This document shows, in pieces, positions 61,301 through 64,000 of a stretch of 64,000 bases of DNA. The stretch is from assembly GCA_002633005.1 (NCBI GenBank), contig NMRA01000535.1, positions 44,912 to 108,911 on the forward strand. Direction: 5' to 3'. The translations under genes and the position numbers were made by a program. Under the pieces are notes generated by a model. That model was not told the origin of the DNA and did not search any database. It saw nothing but the letters and a program-made list of their open reading frames with translations. Source of the DNA: Phoronis australis (lineage: Eukaryota; Animalia; Phoronida). Position 1 is the first letter of the stretch; each line of letters begins with the position of its first letter.

Positions 61301-64000
61301 TTAGACGCCAGGACAAAATTTCAGGCTCAATGATCATGTTATTAAATGATTCGGTTAGAGTGAAACAAAGCAGTTATTCGCTGGCTATATGGGCAATTTT
61401 AAACACTGTGTAATATAACTGTCCATCTCACACCTAACTGCCTAAATCGCACAATATACATCATGCCCCTCAAAATGTATACACCGGTATATCGATTACG
61501 TAACAACCCCCAGTGGTTACCCTAGTGATTAAGCGCAAACTAAAATTTACTAATATAACAGTGGTTATTCTTCTAATCCAAGTTCAAGAGGGCAACGTTC
61601 TGAACGTCAAATAACTTAGAATGACATTCCGATATTACTTGAGGGAATTTTTATTATACCTTCAACAATGAAGGCAACAGAGAATTAGAGTGCTGAGTGG
61701 ATGCTTGTACATAGCGTCCAATAAATATCTTTAACGAATACTAAACACCTTTGGAACTTTTGAAAGTTTCAAATGCTACTACAAATCAAATGAGACCACG
61801 TAACATAGCTTGAAGCCTTGACATTAAATGATTCGCTGTAGTCCTCAAAAACCATAAACAATTACAGGAACCGCGTGTCTCTTATCCAACACTGAGATTG
61901 CTAATCGGCTGTTTTGTCAACTTTGCAATCTCTTATTTGCGAGGCGAGGATTATTCGGCTGTAAAATAATCTTCCACATTGAATCATGGGAACTGTTTTG
62001 ACACATTGAGATTTTTAACTGAATTATCACCGTCTCTCGTGCGAGTTAATTACAGAGTAGCTCTTTGTATTATCCGTTTAAACAAGTGACCGGCGATTCA
62101 CCAGGAGAACTTTTTACAAAACATAGGATGTTCCCTGAAACTTAACGAGGCCAGTATTTCGCTTTGTAAAATTACCTTAAAAGCCAGCACGTTCTTTGAA
62201 AACTGCCCAATGTTTTGCACCCAGGTACCTGATAACAAAAAGGTTTACGATTTTACCGGTAGATGGCACACGTTTCTAGACAAAGAACCAATTTGTACTG
62301 ACCTCTAGTAATTACAAAAGGGAACTGCGCAAATTTTAAACAGGTTTTCCGTAAAACGCCCTTAATTTTGTCATGACTGTAACAGCCAAACATTGCAAAG
62401 AAAATATGTTTTAAAGCAACCATGTCGGGGTACAAAATGCGAGTCTCTACATCAAAACCTAACGGTACATTCCACTGACCAAGTGTTCGTTTTATCAAAC
62501 TCCGATTGTAACAAAGACGTAGCCACGTTGGTGTATACGTGAAGCTGCCTTTTTATTTTTTTTAAAGCGACTGACTTACTACAGGGAAATTACCAGTTAA
62601 TCCAAAACACATTTTTGAGATAGCTGTTTGACGGGATATAGACTTCTTGAAGTTATTAGTTTTGACCAGAGTTATAAAACAACAAAATCCATTGTGATTT
62701 TGTGATTTTATTACAAAACGCCAATTCAATTTCGCCGTTGTCTGCTAGACATTTGCTGAAATCGAGACCCGTGTACCTTATCATACGCTAAGAAGAATCC
62801 CTCGCTGGTTCTCTGCGTGTCCACTAGGGGGTAGAGAAAACGCAGGTATCATTGTACACCCACAGTACTATGAATGGTAGCACTGTCACATACATGTTGT
62901 TTAACATGGCTTCTCGTTGGTTAATGTAATGAAACGACGTCATAACATTCAGTCATTCCTATTGGTTGAAAACTGGGAACCCCTCTCAGTTTACTGTTAC
63001 GCAGTATGGCGAACACCTTTGACTTGGATAGTTGCAAAACGGGCAATGATCGAAGTAAACAAAATGAAGGAAACTCCGATCAAGTGGTTTAAGCCCAAAC
63101 AAGTACAGTGCACAAAGGCATGTACAAGTGGACACCACGTGATCGGTATACTTCTGACCATGGCATGCCCATTGATGCCCACACACGGTGAATTCCGTGT
63201 GTCGTTCATCATGTTTCCAGAGGGCCGCTTTTGAGTATAGGTGGCGCTGTGTCAGAGGGTAGTATCATTTCAGCCTCGTCCCCAAGCCTCAAGATTGTGC
63301 TGATCGCATTAGCCATTTATAAGGCTTGGTTATGGGAAATGAAATGTGGCAGAATTCTGACACATTTTTACGGAAATCGCCGGAATATCATGAGTAAAAT
63401 AAAATTATATCAATTTTGAAATTTTCTGCAGTATAATATAAAACTGAAAACTAACGATATATTGCACCAATTTAAGTCCAGATTATTGCAAAAATGATGA
63501 TTTCGATTCGAAAACAGATTATTTTCTGTTTTATTATCAATAAAAAAGAGTTGAAAATAAGTACGCCAACAACCTTTATTTCAAAAAATTAACCAAAAAC
63601 AATTCCACTCGACCGCTAACTTCTGTAAAATTCCTTTTTTGTCTTGCCGAGAATGTCCTATAGTAAGGTCCGCCTTCACGATCCACGCTAGCGAATTGTG
63701 TGGAGAGTTTGAGCGTCTCAGACAAGATAGAACTAAAAGCCAGTTTGATGAAACGGGAGAGATTCTGCGAACCCAGCGTGTTTTTCTGAAGTAAAGCTTA
63801 ACCGCAAAATTAATACGGCATGAATACTTGTGGAGGCGCCCTTAAAGTCGCCATTACGATAGGAAAAGTTGATTTCACCTCTTTACATGTGATTACTTGC
63901 GGCAGAAGCGATGGCATATGTTCATCAGACAGTTTTCATGAACAGTGCATAGGAATTATCCACTAGTTAGTACTTAGAGATACCAGTGGTCGCATTTGAA

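Noticed and set aside
62917-63419. Cluster of short ORFs
   Set aside because: No domain, splice or repeat support.

Overview
Animal genomic DNA, AT-rich, intron-containing and dense in transposons. The repertoire (Sola3, Kolobok, ISL2EU, Academ, IS3EU, Helentron, Penelope, HERO) suggests a marine invertebrate, but that is inference. No rRNA, tRNA gene or CRISPR array is supported. Host coding sequence, all on the minus strand: (1) a two-exon gene for a 110-aa secreted 10-Cys prokineticin/colipase-fold peptide (34285-34238 joined to 27820-27536), of which the ORF track shows only part; (2) an ankyrin-repeat gene (terminal exon 46570-45207); (3) an isolated phase 1-1 exon for a Cys-rich, SUEL-lectin-like domain (7928-7647). 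The only intact mobile-element ORF belongs to a 5'-truncated LOA-like LINE (RT, RNase H, CCHC) with a 13-bp target-site duplication and a T-rich rather than A-rich 3' tail. Three decayed ~3.5-kb ISL2EU copies (THAP plus YqaJ) are present, and one is part of a four-level nest (Kolobok > ISL2EU > AT-site MITE > pogo). The most novel-looking signals are RNA-structural: hammerhead core motifs in a non-canonical, pseudoknotted order in the 3' UTR of a HERO-like retrotransposon (57984-58045), and the structured U-tailed LINE 3' end. All family calls come from recognising motifs by eye. No searches or folding were run, and boundaries not defined by a TSD are approximate.
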